This document shows, in pieces, positions 11,133-25,409 of a DNA stretch of 64,000 bases. The notes beneath the pieces are model-generated. The model was not told the DNA's origin, made no database searches, and was given only the letters and a program-made list of their open reading frames with translations. How positions within the stretch are numbered: the stretch's first letter is position 1; every line of letters begins with the position of its first letter. The DNA comes from Flaccisagitta enflata. Taxonomy: Eukaryota. A program made the translations under genes and the position numbers. The stretch is taken from contig OZ231126.1 in NCBI GenBank assembly GCA_965153355.1, forward strand, positions 4,030,001-4,094,000. Reading direction: 5' to 3'.

Positions 11133-12274
11133 GACATCATGAACCATATCTTGACACTCGTTCCATCTCTTTTTTGCACCATTTTTTCTATAAAATTATC
11201 CATTTTTGACTAAAAATCTGTTTTGACATGTGCTATGTGAGCCCATTCATACTATTTTAAAGAATCAGCCCTCAAATTGCATGCTTTGTACAGGAAAATG
11301 ACCTTAAATTGGCAAAATTTTCAAGCAAAATCTTAGAAAAGAGTAAGAATTGTTTTAAAGAGGTATCTTTACTGTATTATTACCGACACAGTTTGTATAA
11401 TATGGTCATTTTTTTTATGAGAGGCTGTTCATATCTATCTGACACTAGTATTAAACTTTTTTGCCATATGATTTTTAGCATTTTGGATGTCTTTGTCAAG
11501 TACCTTTTAAAAAATGTCAGCTGACAATCAAATTTCAAAAAATAGGATATTTTATTATGAAAAATTCATTTAGGGTACTTCCCATTGGAGTAAAGTCAAG
11601 AAATTTGAACTGTAGTCAAAAGAAGCATTCAACCTTAAGCATTTCAAATTTCGTAACAATCGGTGGATTTAAAGTATCAATTATGTGAGTTTTTCTATTC
11701 CAAATTGCAAAATTTAAAGTTTTTGAAAAAAACATTTTTCATCCCCTAAATAACAAATCTTGAACATAGATGAATATTTTGCATTTTTAGAAACATCAGA
11801 TCTGAGATAATGTAATTCACTAGGGTCTGATGTTTTTGGTTTTTCCAATTTTTCAATTTCTATGCAAATTGTTATTTAGGGTGCACCTATGTCAGATTCA
11901 ACAGAAATATGAAATAAAGGATGTTTTTTATTTAGAGTTTTACATGGGGCACTTCCTGGTGAAGAAAAGTCATGAAATTTTTATGGTAGTTAAATGAAGC
12001 ACCAAACCACCTGCATGTCAATTTTCATTACTATAAGAAAATTTTTGATATCTGTTTGTGAATCTTTAAATATTAATTTGTGAAATTTATGAAATTAGTC
12101 ATTTTTAAATGAAAAATCACTATTTTTTTTTCTGATGATATTTTGCATCAATTTTCTCTATTAACTACCCAAAGTGACATATATTATCAGGTGAATTATT
12201 TGTTTTTGGTAAAAAACATTTTGATTTGTTTATTCTTGGCGAAACTGAAGTGTCACAATAATTTTCATTGTGTC
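11133..12274. mobile_element. Non-autonomous TIR element with GACA...TGTC ends and a 4-bp TSD
   Basis: TTAC duplicated at 11129-32 and 12275-78; empty site in the left arm near 1995. Confidence 0.8.
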
Positions 12275-13545
12275 TTACAAAAAAAAAACATTTACATGGT
12301 GTCGGAACTTAAATGATAAGTGAAGATGGAAAATGGTTAACACTTAACAGAAATTGGAAAGAAAATAAAAGAGAGAAAGCCGGAAGCCTGAAAGAAAAGA
12401 TAAAAGGCACGAAAGGAAACAAGCCCGACCGGGCAACGATGCGTCCGGGCTGTGTCTCAGCGTGTATTTATCATGTGACATATGTACGGAGAGACATATG
12501 GACGAACAGACGGGTGAATAGACTCTCAAGACATGTTGGTTGATCATTTGTTTCAGTGTAGGATCTCACCGTGGCCAAAAACAGCCGAGAAACGCGGTTT
12601 TTGCACAAGCGTAACGTACGGACGGACGGACGGACGGACGGACGGACCGACGGACGGACAGACCCTCTTATAGAGATGCGTTCCTGACGGAATCATCTAA
12701 AAAAGGAAAGTGGTGTTGAAAAAGGAAAGAGAAGAAGGAATAACTGGAATAAGGAAAGAGATGAAGGAAAGAAGGGATGGACGGACCGACGGACCGACCG
12801 ACAGGAAATTCTAGTCTTGAGAAGGAAAGAAAGACAAAAAGGAAAGAAACGCAGGATCACATAATCGACATGTAAGAAATAAAGGAACAATAGGAAGAAA
12901 GGAAAGACGTCAGGAAAAACAGAGAAAGGACAGCAAAACGAAAACGAGGAATAGGCTGAATGAAAGAGGAAAGAGAAGAAAATTAAGTTAAGGAAGAAGG
13001 CAAGGAAAGAGGGAGACTTAAGGACAGTGAAGAGGGAAAGGAAAGAAAAGTCATAAAACAAGAAAAGTAATGTAATAAAAAGAAGCGATGTGAAGAGGGA
13101 AAGGAAAGAGAAGAAATATAAGAGATAAAGACGTATTGGCGAATTTCAAAGAAAGAAAGAAAGAGAAAGAAAGAATGAGAAAGAAAGAAAGAAAGAAAGG
13201 AAGAAAGAAAGAAAGACGAAGGCCTTTCGTTGTGCAGCGGAGAATCGAGTGTATTCAACTCTTGCACTCAATACCTACCGATCGGGGTCGCCCAGCCAAT
13301 TTTCGTGAGGTTGAAGACTACCGCCCGTGTCGTATTTCTTTATCCTTGCAACGTGACGACAAGCACAGTTCTGCATCAACAGGAAAAATGAATAGAGATT
13401 GTGACAACGAATATGAAAGTTTCCTACAATCCCTCTAAATAGACTAGGCGTTATATTATAGATGACAAACTTACCTTGAGTGTTGAGGATACGCACTGTC
13501 GCGACGGGCAGCGAGCATGAACCAGTGGAACTGGAAATGGAAATG

Positions 13546-14427
13546 GGGAAAAAACCGTGAGAAGCCCCGTCACAGAAGCCCTGAGTGGACATGAGAAGCC
13601 CCGGGTGGATATGAGAAGCCCTAAGTGGATGTAAGAAGCCCCTTTTCAAAATAAGTGGGTTTTCTTAAATTTTTCAATTTTAATATGCATTTTAACATTT
13701 TTTTTTCAACCTCAATAGGCCAAAATAGTTTTTCAATTGAAAAATAAGTAATGAACAATTTTTTTTTAAATTGATAAGATAAAAACATGATATTTAAACT
13801 ACAACTGAAAAAACTCCACACAACATATTTTTAGTTGCGTATTAAGCAACTACACCTCACTTTGTCTATCTGACTGTTGATTGGTCTATCCAATATCATA
13901 ATATTATTTTATGTTTTATGATCTTTTACATCTTTACTCATGCCTAAATTATCTAGCGGCCTCAAATAATACTGCTGCTTACCGGCATTCAACTAAGGAA
14001 ACTATATAACTACTCATATTGATAAAATGCTCTTAACCATTACTCACTTTTATATTTTGTGAAATAATTCACTAGTTTACTCTTAGTTAAAATCATCGGT
14101 TAAATGCTTGAAAGCACTGTGCATCTCACGTTTATTGAGAGCTTCTCATGTCTTGAGGGCTTTTTACATCAAGCTGGGGCTTCAAACTTAAGGGCTTCTT
14201 ATTATGCCAAATCCACCCTTATTTACTGTGAGAAGCCCCAAAGTTGGAAGCCTTAATTGGATACAAAAAGCTTACAAAGGATATGAGAAGCCCCCCACAT
14301 ATAATAGTTATAAGGGTTTCTTAAATCCTGGGGCTTCTCACGTCCACTCAGGGCTTCTCACATTCACTCGGGGCTTCTCACGTTCACTCGGGGCTTCCAG
14401 CTCTGGGGCTTCTTAAATTGCCGAGCC
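13546..14427. mobile_element. Mutator-like (MULE/foldback-type) non-autonomous element
   Basis: 9-bp TSD ATGGAAATG (13537-45 and 14428-36), GG...CC ends, inward-facing clusters of GAGAAGCCCC / GGGGCTTCTC; absent from the left arm (near 740). Confidence 0.8.
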
Positions 14428-14499
14428 ATGGAAATGTCGTCAAAGACTGAAGGTCAGCAACCATCAGCAACCGTAGCACTAACGCCCAATTAGGGAAAC

Positions 14500-14538
14500 A
14501 GCCGAAACGATTATGCGCGATGAGGGCCACGATGGGGG

Positions 14539-14586
<48 letters not shown>

Positions 14587-14852
14587 TAGCAGACAGTCGC
14601 GGGCGTGACGTGTAGTTGCCGCAGTTCGACAACGAAAAACACGGCGACGCAGCGTTTATGACTCGCCCCTGCGCAGCTGAAGCAGCAGCAGCTGCTACGC
14701 AGCAGTGAAGCATCATCGGCTTTTCTTAACTTTTTATCTTTCAGCGGCGTCAGAGAACTGTGGCAGCGGGCCAGCGGCGAATACGGGTCTCCGCTCTCCG
14801 CAGGAAGTGGGTGAGTAATTCGCTGTAGGATGCGGTAATCAGGTGAGTAATA
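14500..14852 (+). promoter_or_regulatory. Putative bidirectional promoter / first non-coding exon of a gene divergent from V-ATPase a (mirror copy at ~340-660)
   Basis: CpG-rich segment with a (GA)n tract, upstream of the V-ATPase 5'UTR exon. Two plus-strand donors GTGAGTAAT at 14811 and 14843. Confidence 0.45.
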
Positions 14853-15754
14853 ATTCCGTTATCTCTTCCGGCGCTTTTAATATGTCATGAATTCTCGACT
14901 AACGCTGCTGTTGTTTTTCTATGGCGTTTTTTTTCTTTCGGTCAGACGGCATTGTTTCTCCGTACCTCTCATGAATGTGAATATCTCTTTTGTCTCACGC
15001 TATTTTACTCATTTTCTTAATGATTGCGAATGGTATTGGTAAAATCCAGATCATTTTTGCACGCACGAATGACAATTTATAATCGCCGACCTAATTTATG
15101 CGTGCACCAATAAGTTTCAGCGGGCATGCACATGAATATGCTTTTGCGGGCTAGCTGGCTCAAACAAGTTTTGGCCGGCACGAATACGTTTTTGCACGCT
15201 GATGTCCCGTAATTTTTCTATCTGGCGCCCCGGGCGCTTAGAAATTGTTTTTTTCTATCCAGAGAGTATTTCAATGATGGCTATCTTCAAAGCGGTGGCC
15301 GGGGTGACCAATGCCACCCCTTCAGCATGTCAAGTGCAGTTTTGTCGTGCATGTGTAGTACGCACAACTTCGTGCCCATTTAGTATTATCATTTGATAAA
15401 TTGTTCGGAGAAAATCTTAAAATTTAGTTTTACTATTTGCATCTGGAATTTTAAATAGCTTTATGGTCTAAAGTATCCAGTCCCTTCTAGATGCCGCTGT
15501 AGGCGTTCAAAAAAAAAGTTGGAATTTATCAGCTTTTCGTACGTCTAGACTTGTGATAACGGGGGGGGGGGTGCTTGGTATTATATATTAATGAAGTTAG
15601 GGGCTGATATTTGAAATATAAATTAGTAAAGAAAAAGATTTATTCTTTATGATAGATAGTTGCTATGTAAATATATGTCTATGTATTCTTGCTATAGTAA
15701 TAATATTTTGAGAGATTTTGAGGGAACATTGCTGAAGATTAAATTTGCTATAAC

Positions 15755-16503
15755 TTTTTGTCCCCGACGAACAGTTTTCGTCGGTGGACTATGTGATGGA
15801 CCTGATCGTGTAGTCTGTCGTCTGTCGTCTGTCTGTCTGTTTAAAACCCTCTCATATTTTTGGAACCAGACTTCAGAATTTCATGAAACTTTGCTGGTGT
15901 TGTTTATAGGTCAATAGGAGCTTGTGTACCAATTTTCAGAAAAATTCACTAACTTTTACTACCCTTTGCCTATTATTTTTGTAGTAATATTTAGCTGGGA
16001 CTTAGGTGGTTTACATAGGTAGAGGGTAGTAAAGGTTTATGAATTTTTTTTTAATTTGGTATACAAGTAGAGGGTAGTAAATGAACACACCCTGCAAAAT
16101 TCGAATTAAATCTGAAGTCTGGTTTATGAGATATTAGCTTATTTATGTAGTAGTATGTTGCTAGGACTTAGGCAATTTACATAGGCAAAGGGTAGTAAAG
16201 GTATGTGAATTTTTTTCTAATTTGGTACACAAGTAGAGGGTAGTAAATGAATAACCCCTGCAAAATTCGAATTAAATCTGAAGTCTGGTTTATGAGATAT
16301 TAGCTTATTTATGTAGTAATATGTTATTAGGACTTAAGCAGTTTTCATAGGCAAAGGGTGGTAAAAGTTTATGTATTTTTTTTAAAACTTAGTAAACAGG
16401 TAAATAATGTCAATTAAACAGCTCCTGCAAAATTTGATTTAAATCTGAAGTCTGGTTTATGAGATATAAACTGTTTTATTTAGTTATATATAACTGTTGT
16501 GGG

Positions 16504-16574
<71 letters not shown>

Positions 16575-16661
16575 GCACGCGCACACACACACACACAGTG
16601 CTGTTTGCCGTCAAGGACTCCGGGCGACCAAGGTTTATTTCTTGGGACTTGCTCAGTGTTT
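15755..16661 (+). mobile_element. HINE-like element with ~167-bp internal tandem repeats and a (CA)n tract
   Basis: 5' stem-loop GTCCCCGACGAA..TTCGTCGGTGGAC, (GTCT)n tract, three repeated blocks at ~16000-16480, 3' CCAAG..CTTGG hairpin. Confidence 0.6.
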
Positions 16662-17391
16662 AATGTTCAAGGTGTGCTGTCATGGACTTTAAGGTATGCC
16701 GTCATGGATTTTAAGGTATGCTGTCGCTGGGACTAAAGGTATGCCAGGCTGACTTTAGGGTATGTCATGACTGTAAGGTAAGGCCATCATGGACATCACT
16801 ATTTTTTTCTAAAAAAAAAAATTTTTTAAATTTTTTGAATTTTTTTTTTTTTGAATTTTTTTTTTTTTTTTTGAATTTTTAGATTTTTGAAAAGCAGCCA
16901 CAGAACGCGCCCGAGAAGATACACCATAAAAAAAATTTCAAAGTCCAAATAGAAAAAATTTCAAAAAAAAGAAAAAAAAAAATCTAACAAATGCTAAAAA
17001 AAAATTTTATAAATTTTTAATTTTTTTTTGAATTTTTTTTTTTTTTTTGAAATTTTTTTTTGGAAAATTTTTGAATTTGAAATTTTTTTTTTTTTTTTTG
17101 AAATTTTTTTTTTTTTAAAATTTTTTTCTGAAATTTTTTTTTTTGAATTTTTTTTTTTTTGTAGTGTATTTTCTTCTCGAGTCGCGTTTACGCGACGAGA
17201 GTTTGTGTACCATGCCCCAGTCGGGGGACTGTAATTTTGAAGTTGGTGAAAAAATTAGGTACACGACATTTCTGGGTTTGAGCTTCAAGATTTTTGAAAT
17301 TCATCGAACTTCGATGATTTTTGAAAATCATTGAACTTCAGATGATTTTTGACTTTTCACTAGTGTTGATGTCGTGTCGTTGTTAGTGTAG

Positions 17392-17426
<35 letters not shown>

Positions 17427-17529
17427 GATAAAGACCAATGCATACAACGACTTGACCACGACAACGTACTATTTTCTTGGTTGGAGCTTCTCAAAGGAAA
17501 AAATCATCGAAGTCAAACGTTGTTAGGTG

Positions 17530-17617
<88 letters not shown>

Positions 17618-17782
17618 CTCGGTAAAGACCACGACAACGACAACGATGTGACAACGACGCGATCCGATGATGCGATCGGTTGAAGCGATCATGGAATGAG
17701 ATTGGTGGTTACATGTCGTGGTCACGTGATGTGGTCATCGGAAATTCAATGAAATGACCGCGACCGCCCGCGACCGCATTTT

Positions 17783-18392
17783 CAACAACTATGGGACAAC
17801 GACTATATGACAACGACTATGGGACAACGACTATGGGACAACGACTATGGGACAACGACTATGGGACAACAACACAACGACTCAACAACTATGGGACAAC
17901 GACTAAGTGACAACGACTAAGTGACAACGACTAAGTGACAACGACTAAGTGACAACGACTAAGTGACAACGACTAAGTGACAACGACTAAGTGACAACGA
18001 CTATGTGACAACGACTATGGGACAACGACTATGGGACAACGACTATGGGACAACGACTATGGGACAACGCCACTAAGTGACAACGTATCAAGTGACAAAC
18101 GCACTTGGGACAACGACTAAGTGACAAATCTACTATGTGACAAAATGACTATGGGACAACGATCAGGACAAAATTTAATTGTGTACAACGACGCGGGACA
18201 ACGACTATGGGACAAACGCTCATGTGACAACGAACATGGACAACGCCTGCGACAACGTCATGGGACAACGCCTTGGACAATGTCTATGGGACAATGTCTA
18301 TGGGACAATGTCTATGGACAATGCTCCAGGGACAATGTCTATGGACAATGTCTATGGGACAACGACTATGGGACAACGACTATGGGACAACG
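17783..18392. repeat. 14-bp minisatellite ATGGGACAACGACT / AAGTGACAACGACT
   Basis: Direct reading; homogeneous sub-blocks. Confidence 0.95.
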
Positions 18393-18540
18393 ACAAGAAA
18401 TCACCCAATGCGATCGTGACCGCGATAGCGACAACTTCTGGCTAAAAGCATTTTCAATAGTGTTGTTGTCGTGTCAGATGTTAGTAACTCTGTAAAGACA
18501 ACACAACTCACAATTATTTGTAATGGTGTAGTTTGACCGC

Positions 18541-18601
<61 letters not shown>

Positions 18602-18705
18602 ATTACAGCGACAGCGACCGGGACCTTGACCGGGACCTTTTCTGGCTAAAAGCATTTTCACAAGTGTTGGTGTCGTGTTGGGGTTAGTGCTCTGCTCTCT
18701 CTCTC

Positions 18706-18770
<65 letters not shown>

Positions 18771-18777
18771 CCTTCTC

Positions 18778-19311
18778 CCAACTCTGTCAATGTCATAGTC
18801 CCAACTTGTCAATGTTATAGTCTCAACTTGTCAATGTCATAGTCTCAACTTTTGTCAATGTCATAGTCTCAACTTCTGTCAATGTCATAGTCCTAAATCC
18901 TCTTGTCAATGTCATAGTCTCAACTTGTCAATGTCATTGTCCCAACTTGTCAATGTCATAGTCTCAACTTTTGTCATCAGTATTGTCTCAACTCTTGTCA
19001 ATGGCATTGTCCCAACCCTTGTCAATGGTATTGTCCTAACTCTTGTCAATGTCATAGTCCCAACTCTTGCCAATGGTATTGTCCCAACTTTTGTCAATGG
19101 TATTGTCCTAACTTGTAAATGGTATTTTCCAACTTCTTGTCAATGGCATTAATCCGAACTTTGTCAATGGTATTGTCCCCAACTTTAAGTCAATGGCATT
19201 GTCCCAATCCTTGTCATGGCATTATCCCAACTTCTTGTCAATGGCATTGTCCCAACTCTTGTCAATGGCATTGTCCCAACTCTTGTCAATGGCATTGTCC
19301 CAACTCTTGTC

Positions 19312-19314
<3 letters not shown>
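18778..19314. repeat. ~24-bp minisatellite AACTCTTGTCAATGGCATTGTCCC
   Basis: Direct reading; further patches at ~20995-21120, 22155-22320 and 26490-26600. Confidence 0.9.
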
Positions 19315-19364
<50 letters not shown>

Positions 19365-20351
19365 TTTCTCTCTCGACAATATCAGCAACAGACTCACACT
19401 TGGCCCTGAAAAATCATATTTTTAGAATCAGATATTTCTGGTTGACTATGACAGAAACATGAACGTCGATGTCCGGGGGATTAGATTTGGGTATTGCCGA
19501 AGCTTAATGGCGAGAGATATCCTTATTGATCTGGGCCGATACGCCAAATCGACGATTTTTGTGAAAATTGCAGAAGAACCGTAGTTTTCTTAAATTTAAA
19601 TATTCTCCCCTTTGAGTGTGAAAACACAAACAAACAAGCGGAATTCATCTTGTATGCAATTCACTAGTTAGGGCCAACAAGCGTAGGGCCGTTGCTATCA
19701 AAATTACCACTTTTTTTGAAAAAAATATGATTTTCTTAAATTAACGTGGATGGGACAATTAAATAGTAGAAAAAACGTGATTGCCCAAAATTCAAGATTT
19801 TATCATAACTCTTCCATCTTTGAATTTTTTCGCGCAATTCTTTTGGGATGTCTTTCTTGTGAAATGGGGGCGTATCTGAGCCCATATTAGTCCACTATTT
19901 CACCCATAATGAGGATGAAATTAACTTGTTATGCCATTCCTTTCAAATTTGTCCAAATTGCCTTCTTTCCAGTAATCACTTTCAGGTGCTCAAAAAGTAC
20001 AAATTTGGACAGTTCATGTTTTTGGCAAGACAATATCAATCAAGTATGACCAAACAGCCATGATGACTTAAAATTATCAATAAAACAACTCAATGGGCCT
20101 CAAGAAAAGGGATAATTAAGAACTGTTACAATTTGTTACAGGAAAATAGAGAGCGAACGCCACCTTGGGTGGACACGTTTAAATGGGATAAAAAAAGTCA
20201 GCCTATTTTCACAAACCAAATTTTTAAGCAATTATATCTCCCCCAACATTTGATAGCAATAATATCAATTGCTAGTCCCTCATGAACTGATATTGCCATG
20301 TCAGCCTTGCGTTGGTCTGGAAATAAGACATGTGAGCCTCTTGATGAAATC

Positions 20352-20405
<54 letters not shown>

Positions 20406-21199
20406 GTTTTATGTCTTGATATGTTGGTATTTGGCATGGTTGTTAAGAGTAATGAAAAGGCCGGATACACGGCTACCCTAGTCGCATGCGGGTGGGCAGG
20501 AGCAGTGCTGGAGAAGGTCACTAGGGCATCTGGGCAGGAGCCGTATGCTCAAAGCTCAAAAAACGCCGAAAAAGTAAAAAGGGGACTGACCAACAAACTG
20601 ACCAACCAATGGACCAACATAGCGGGGTGTAGAGTTGCGTAGCACGCAACTAAAATAGTGACTGTTTTAGGAGGGACAGTGTCATTTACTGTTTTGGCTA
20701 TGAGACCTATGAAAGAGGGGACAAAGATGTTGATGAGTAATGAGTGTGGGGATAACGCCATTGTCGAGTCCCTGCTCTTGTCAATGCTGTTGTCCCATAT
20801 ATTGTCAATGATGTTCTACTGAGTCTTGCTTATGTTTTCCCCCCAGTCTTGAGTCTGCTCAATGACGTTTTACCGAGTCCTCTGTCTTCCTGAGTCTTCT
20901 CAATGTCTCCCCGAGTCTTCTCAATGTCTCCCCAAGTCTTATAATTGTCTCGTGTCATTGACGTGTCTTGATGACATTTAATCATCTCTCATCCATGACA
21001 TTATCCCAACTCTTGTCAGTGGCACTGTCCCAACTCTTGGCATTGTCCCAACCCTTGCCAATGACATTGTCCCAACTCTTGTCAATAGCATTGTCCCCAC
21101 TCTTTTCAATGATATTGTCCCACAACCTTGGAATTAAGTTTATCGCATCACTTAAAGCCTCATACCTCCTTTACAAATAAAAAAATCTAAAGAAATATT

Positions 21200-21740
21200 A
21201 GTGAGGTTCTGAAACGTCTTCGAATTTTCTAGTAGTTGGCGCCAACTGCATTACTGTGCATCTCACCGGTTTAGAAATGAGAGCTGAATGAAGTAAGGTA
21301 CCTCTTTAGAAAAATGGCATAAAAATGGCGTTTTTGAAACATGGTTCATAGAAGATGGTGTGCCCGCTCACTGGCTGATTCAAGGAAGCAATGGCATCAA
21401 AGGCACAGTGTCAAAGGTAAAACACTGCTCCAGTGGGCTCAGAAACTGCCCAGATCTCAACCTGATTGAATCGCTATAGTCCCAATTATAGCAATGGCAA
21501 AGTCGAAAATGTGCAACATGGATGGCAGGACTGAAAAGAATCGCGCTAAAGTCCGGGGGAAGATCACCTTATCATACCTTCAGATGCAGTGCGAAAGCAT
21601 GCTGAGACGCAGGAGAGTGTGAAAAGGTTATGGAGTGCATGACCAAGTATCAAGATTGTTAGGGACACGTTAATTGTATTATCTTGTCCATGAAATGCCA
21701 ATAATGTCAATAAACTTCAATAAACTTTTTTCCAAGATAG
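21200..21740 (+). pseudogene. Tc1/mariner transposase relic with right TIR
   Basis: WFIEDGVPAH and CPDLNLIESL* correspond to the Tc1 motifs FQQDNAPAH and SPDLNPIENLW. The end TTTTTTCCAAGATAG-TA matches the TIR of 10319-10903. Confidence 0.75.
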
Positions 21741-21742
21741 TA

Positions 21743-22152
21743 CCACGCGTATCAAAAAAAAAGACGCACTTTTAAATGGTTAATTTAGCCAATGAATTTT
21801 CAAAAAACTATAGAAAATCTTAGGTCATTTTGAAGCCCTTTGAAAGTACTTTCATTTGGCGCCAATCTGGTATTGCTATCTTTTTTCGTTTAGAAATGGC
21901 ATCAGTTTGAGTAAAAACGTTGCCTGTTTCAGTTTTGCAATCCCTATGAAAAAAGTGCATTTTAGCAAAATAGTGCTTCTCTTTGCAGAGCTCTAGCTCC
22001 TAAACCGTTTGAGATACAGATCTGGGATTGGTCTAGAATGAAAGATTTTTTGAAAATCTTTCAAAATGACTCAACGAAAACTTCTAAAATTGTTTTTTGT
22101 AACTGTTTTATTACTAAATAAAGAGGTGCGTCTTTTTTTTTGATACGCGTGG
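21743..22152. mobile_element. MITE with TA flanks
   Basis: TIR CCACGCGTATCAAAAAAAAAGACGCAC. Confidence 0.9.
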
Positions 22153-22596
22153 TAACTCTTGTCAATGACATTGTCCCAACTCTTGTCAATAGCTCTTGTC
22201 AATGATTTTGTTCAAACTCGTCAATGACATTGTGCCAACTTGTCAATGACATTGTCCCAATTCTTGTCAATGACATTATCCCAACTCTTGTCAATGACTA
22301 TGTCCCAACTTGTCAATGAAAATGTCAAGGATGATGGAATTGATAATTCTATAACATTGAAATGGAGATGATGATATTTTTGATGATGTTATTTTTGATG
22401 ATGTTATTTTTGATGATGTTATTTTTGATGATGATGATGATGATGGATGATAATAATGAAGATGAGGATGTGAGTAACTATGGCAGTTGTATGGACCAAG
22501 ATTTTGCAATCAAGTGTTGGAGTTGTCCCCTTCAATCAAGTTTTGAGGGTGTATTTGTCCACTTTAATCAAGTGTTGAGGTAGGTAGGGATAATTA

Positions 22597-23228
22597 TTGT
22601 CCCTCAATAGACTCGTCCCTTAATCGACTCGTCCCTCTATCGACTTGTCCCTCAAAACTCCTTTCTCAATGGACTCGTCCCTCAATCGCCTTGTCCTCAA
22701 TTGACTTGTCCTCTCACCGACTTGTCCTCAATCGACTTGTCCTCAATCGACTTGTCCTCAATCGACTTGTCCTCAATCGACTTGTCTCAATGACTTGCTC
22801 TGTCCTCAATCGACTTGTTCCCTCACCGACTTGTCCCTCAATCAACTTGTCCTCAATCGACTTGTTCTCAATCGACTTGTTCCTCAATCGACTTGTCCTC
22901 ACCGATTTGTCCTCAATCGACTTGTCTCAATCGACTTGTCCTCAATCGACTTGTCCTCACTCAGATTTGTCTCAATCAACCTGCCCTCAATCAACTCGTC
23001 CCTCAATCAACTTGTCCCTCAATCAACTTGTCCCTTAATCGACTTGTCCCTCAATTGACTTGTCCCTTGATCAACTTGTCTGTTGATCGACTTGTCCCTG
23101 AATCAACTTTTCCCTCAAACGACTCGTCCCTCAACAGACTCGTCCCGCGATTGACTTGTACCATTGACTTGTCCCATTGACTTGTCCCTCAATCAACTCG
23201 GCCCTCAATTGACTCGTCCTTCAATCAA
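22597..23228. repeat. 15-16-bp minisatellite TCAATCGACTTGTCC(C)
   Basis: Direct reading. Confidence 0.95.
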
Positions 23229-23493
23229 TCATTTTATGGCCAGATCAACATCTCGTATGTTTTGTAGATTTCAAAAATTATATGTAGTTTCGGAGATCAG
23301 AGATATAACAAATCTCTAAAGATTCAATTGTCGGGATGATGAGGTGTAGAGAAGGGTGAGATTATTGATGTCTAGCTCTCTCTCTCTCTCTGTTGTTGGT
23401 GATATTAAGTATATGTTGGGATGGCTTCAATGCTTTGGAGACAAAGATTTTTATGCCCAAGCATCAGTGTTGCTTTCTGGGTTAGTGCTCTAG

Positions 23494-23563
<70 letters not shown>

Positions 23564-23623
23564 ATGGATGCTTCAAATATGAAGATCTTCTCTCTCGAGT
23601 GTCTCTCTTTGGTGTCGAGTCTG

Positions 23624-23660
<37 letters not shown>

Positions 23661-24462
23661 ATTCTCAGTTTCATGTCTTGGCATGTTGGTATTTGGCATG
23701 GTTGTCAAGACTAATGAAAAGAAAGACACTATTTTTAAGTAGTGACAGTGTCATTTACTGCTTTGGCTATGATACCTATGAAAGAGGGAACAAAGATGTT
23801 GATTGTGATGAGTGTGGGGACAACGCCATTGTTGAGTCCCTGCTCTTGTCAATGCTTTTTTCCCGGATACTGTCAATGACGTTTTCCCGAGTCTTGTCAA
23901 TGTTTTCCCGAGTCTTGTCGCTGATGTTTTCCCTGAGTCTTCTCAATCGTCTTCCCAAGTCATTGTCATTGTCTCGTGTCATTGGTGTCTTGAGGACGAT
24001 GTTTATCAAACACCATTTGCATGCTGGAAAACGATACAAACGCAATCAGGTTGAAGGACAACAAAAGCTATCATGGGATCATTATCAAAGCAGATGGAGC
24101 GTTTATCTTTAGAACCAGATCTTGATAATCCAAACAGGGATCAGTGGTGTTCGTTACTCCATAGCTGGAGGCCAAATGCCACACCATCGCGGTAGGGTTT
24201 TGACCGAAGGCAAATCTCCAACTTGTCAATTAAGTTTTCCAGAATTTTGTCAATAACCTTATCCCAAATCTTGTCAATGACATTGTTTCAATTCCTGTTA
24301 GTGACATCTCCAAAGTCTTTTCAGTGAGGTTGTCCGAAGTCCAAGACTTCATATTCTCTTTCAAATATAAAAGTTAAGAATGACACATCCCCCTTTGTCA
24401 TTGACACCATCTCACTGATGACAGTCCCTCAACTATTAATGAAATCCTCCTTCTGGCCTCCT

Positions 24463-24968
24463 AGTCAGTCCCAATTCCGCATTCATCCATATGATTGTAT
24501 CTCATCATATATCGGCAAACCAAAACTTTTTCCATCCGGGCATATTTCGATATATCGAAATATGACTAACAAAAGTTTGATTTTCTCTGTTGTGTCTTTT
24601 GTAAAATCTGAATGAATTTCAGAGCCTTTTGTCTTGTTTACGGTCTTCAATGATTTTAGGTCTTCAATGATTTTAGGTCTTCAATGATTTTAGGAGAAAT
24701 TGATTTACAAATGCTGCACCATTCAATCATATCATTAGATCTTGTTCATCCTTCATTATCTTTTATCTCACCAATTATTTGAGTATTGGGTAGAAAATAA
24801 GATCAGAGCTTGATAAATGCTTTGCTACTTTCTTTTGAGTGGCCAAACAGAAAGGGTAAGATGAGTCATATTTTGATATATCGACATATGCCCAGATAAA
24901 CTAAGTTGCTTTATCTCGTAATATGACGAGATATGGTCAAATGGATGAATGCGGAATTGGGACTGACT
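24463..24968. mobile_element. MITE
   Basis: TIR AGTCAGTCCCAATTCCGCATTCATCCAT; TSD unclear. Confidence 0.75.
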
Positions 24969-25409
24969 GTTCCTCCACCTTTCCTAATCTGATAACTACG
25001 GTCCCCAGAGATGCAGATTCATGGTAGCAAAGTAGCAATGCTACGCGGCAGGCAAGGCCCAATGTGCGGCAGATGCGGCAGGAGGGGAAAGGGAAGGCAA
25101 TGAAAGGGGTAAAGAAGAAAGGAAAGAAGAATGAAATTACGACATGAAGGGAAAAATTAACTTGTGGAAACAAGAGAAAGAAAGAAAGAAAGAAAGAACA
25201 TACTAACAACCTACTAAATTGAGAGACATAAGACAGAATGATACAATTAATAGTGAGTAAAAGCTGCGGCAGCTCTTGAGAGACCACTTCTGCTACGCGG
25301 CAGCTTGCGGAATTTGCATCTCTGACGGTCCCAGTATCCATTAATTGACTTCATCCCCAATAATGATGTCAACATTAATTGCTGTCAATATGTTGCCAAT
25401 CCTGATTTA

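Larger units (their letters stand above)
8840..15194. repeat. Right arm of the inverted duplication, enlarged by arm-specific TE insertions
   Basis: Reverse complement of 1-3522 once the insertions at 9472-10078, 10319-10903, 11133-12274, 12418-12702 and 13546-14427 are removed. Confidence 0.95.
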
